A DNA stretch of 57,801 nucleotides, counting the filler, from Trypethelium eluteriae (Eukaryota), in NCBI GenBank assembly GCA_051942245.1. It is 3 parts of 3 records of this genome, joined end to end, with 100 filler letters (N's around TTAATTAATTAA, not from the genome) between each part and the next. Parts side by side here need not be neighbours in the genome. Positions count along the whole stretch, not along the records: positions 38,718 to 57,801 come from JAVECL010000535.1; 2 more parts are not named here. One strand, 5' to 3'. The position numbers were made by a program, and so were the translations under genes. The notes under the pieces are model-generated. The model saw nothing but the letters and a program-made list of their open reading frames with translations. It was not told where the DNA came from and did not search any database. Shown in pieces: positions 56,231 through 57,801 of this stretch (positions within the stretch are counted from its first letter, which is position 1; every line of letters starts with the position of its first letter).

Positions 56231-57801
56231 CTTGTGCCTTGCTTGCTCGCCATCAGCTCTCTGTACTGCAGTTGCTTTGATCAGCTTTTTTTCATCACAG
56301 CAGCCCTCATCACTTTCTGCTTCTTTCTTGCTTCCTCCTGCTGCTTGTCTCGACGTGCCTCCCTCTGAAACGCTCTTGTCAATCTTCAGCGTTTCACTCG
56401 GTCGGCATCCTTCAGCAGGTAAGTTCAACCATCATCACATTCCATGAAACAGCCCTCATTCCATCTTGACTCACATTGCTAACTGTAGCAATCTTAGTGC
56501 CTCTCTTCTCTTTCCTCCTTGTCGTCATTTCCCGTCACGAAATGTCTGCAAGGTTAGTTCATTCCTCTTGTTTTTCCCAAATTTCTGTTTTCCCCAAACA
56601 TGCCCTGTAAACAAATAAACAAATAAACAAACAAACCCGCAACCCCGGCAACCCCGCACAACCCCACTCAACACTTCAACACCTCAACATCTCAATATCT
56701 CAATACCACCCAACACCACTCATCTGCCAATCCACGCTCTTCTGTCGCCGTCCAATGCCACCCCCGCCATCTTATCATTTCCCTTCTTGCCTCACTTTCG
56801 CTTCACTCTTTCTGTCCTTCCTCTGTCTCCCATCACCTGCTCTTCTCTTATCTCACCTGCCTGCCGCTTCCCACTCATCCTCTCTCATGCCTTTGTTCTT
56901 CTATCCTTCCTGTCGCTTCATACCCCTCTTTCCTCGTCTCATCTGGTGCCTTCTCTTGCCTTCCTTTTCCTGCCGTCCCCAGCGAGTCTTTCCAGCGAGT
57001 CTTTCCGGACGGTCGTTATGCTACCGTTCGCTTCATTCTTATCGCTCAGCGTTCAGCATCATTTTCAAGAATAATACTTTATCAACATGTCTGGCTTTAA
57101 TGCTAGGGAAAAAAGAGTACATAACCTAATGAATAAGAAAAGTGGAAAAATCAAGAACAATGGATCAAAAGTGCAACAACCTCACCATCAATCATGCTAT
57201 CGCAGCATCGCTGCAATTATGCCTCGCCATCATCAAACCACCTACGCCCCCCTTTCACCCCAGCACTCATCCACCCCCATCATCATCCACCTCCATCACC
57301 ATTAACCTTCATCGACCCCCGTTCTATCAGATTGCACATCGACCCAATTCTCGTGTTTGACCATTGCTTGACTCGCTCGCTTGATCATTGCTTGACTATG
57401 CTTGACTATGCTTGACCGTTGCTTGACAACCTTACCTCTTCCTTGCACTTTACACTTTCCCCTTCACACTGCATCCACTGTCAGAACATGCATGTTTTTC
57501 ATTGGGGCAACCCCCAACTTGAAATTCTGCAGATTCTGACAGCTCAGCAGTTTCGCACGACGCTTCTTCTCCGCTCCTCCCCGCCTCTCCGACGACAGCT
57601 TCTCCTCCGGTCGCACGTCAATGGATCTGTCTCGCATCGCCTTCGCAGATACGACCGTCGACGACAGCACGCCCTCTTCAATCTTCGTCCCCAGGGTTCG
57701 AGCAGTGGCCAACCTTTACGGGGACGCCCCTGAGGGCGAGTTGTCGGCGATGGCTCGGCTGCTGGGAATCGAAGACGGAGATCGACCGGAGAGCTCGTCC
57801 T

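Overview
Eukaryotic DNA from a filamentous ascomycete (Pezizomycotina; a Woronin-body hex-1 gene and short GT-AG introns with CTRAC branch sites are present). The window is three contigs joined by artificial N-TTAATTAATTAA-N linkers (about 19.3 kb and 38.6 kb). The left 30 kb looks largely accessory. It holds a hybrid histidine kinase running off the left edge and an FAD oxidoreductase. A roughly 9 kb allorecognition/immune island follows: an intact HET gene, a HET pseudogene, a TPR remnant and an intact HET-NACHT-ankyrin NLR, mixed with a RIP-degraded Fot1/pogo transposase and two solo LTRs. Next come a prolyl 4-hydroxylase, hex-1, a P450, several decayed ORFs, a 968-bp foldback-type element (long TIRs, apparent 5-bp TSD, two head-to-head arrays of a 19-bp unit) and a SesA-like/ankyrin gene broken by two in-frame stops. 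The right half is ordinary core genome: btgC-type GH17, a protein with an internally duplicated domain, an SDR (L-xylulose reductase-like), Lot5/ICln, MRPL15, RTT109 and hypotheticals. All family assignments come from motif recognition by eye; no database search was run.
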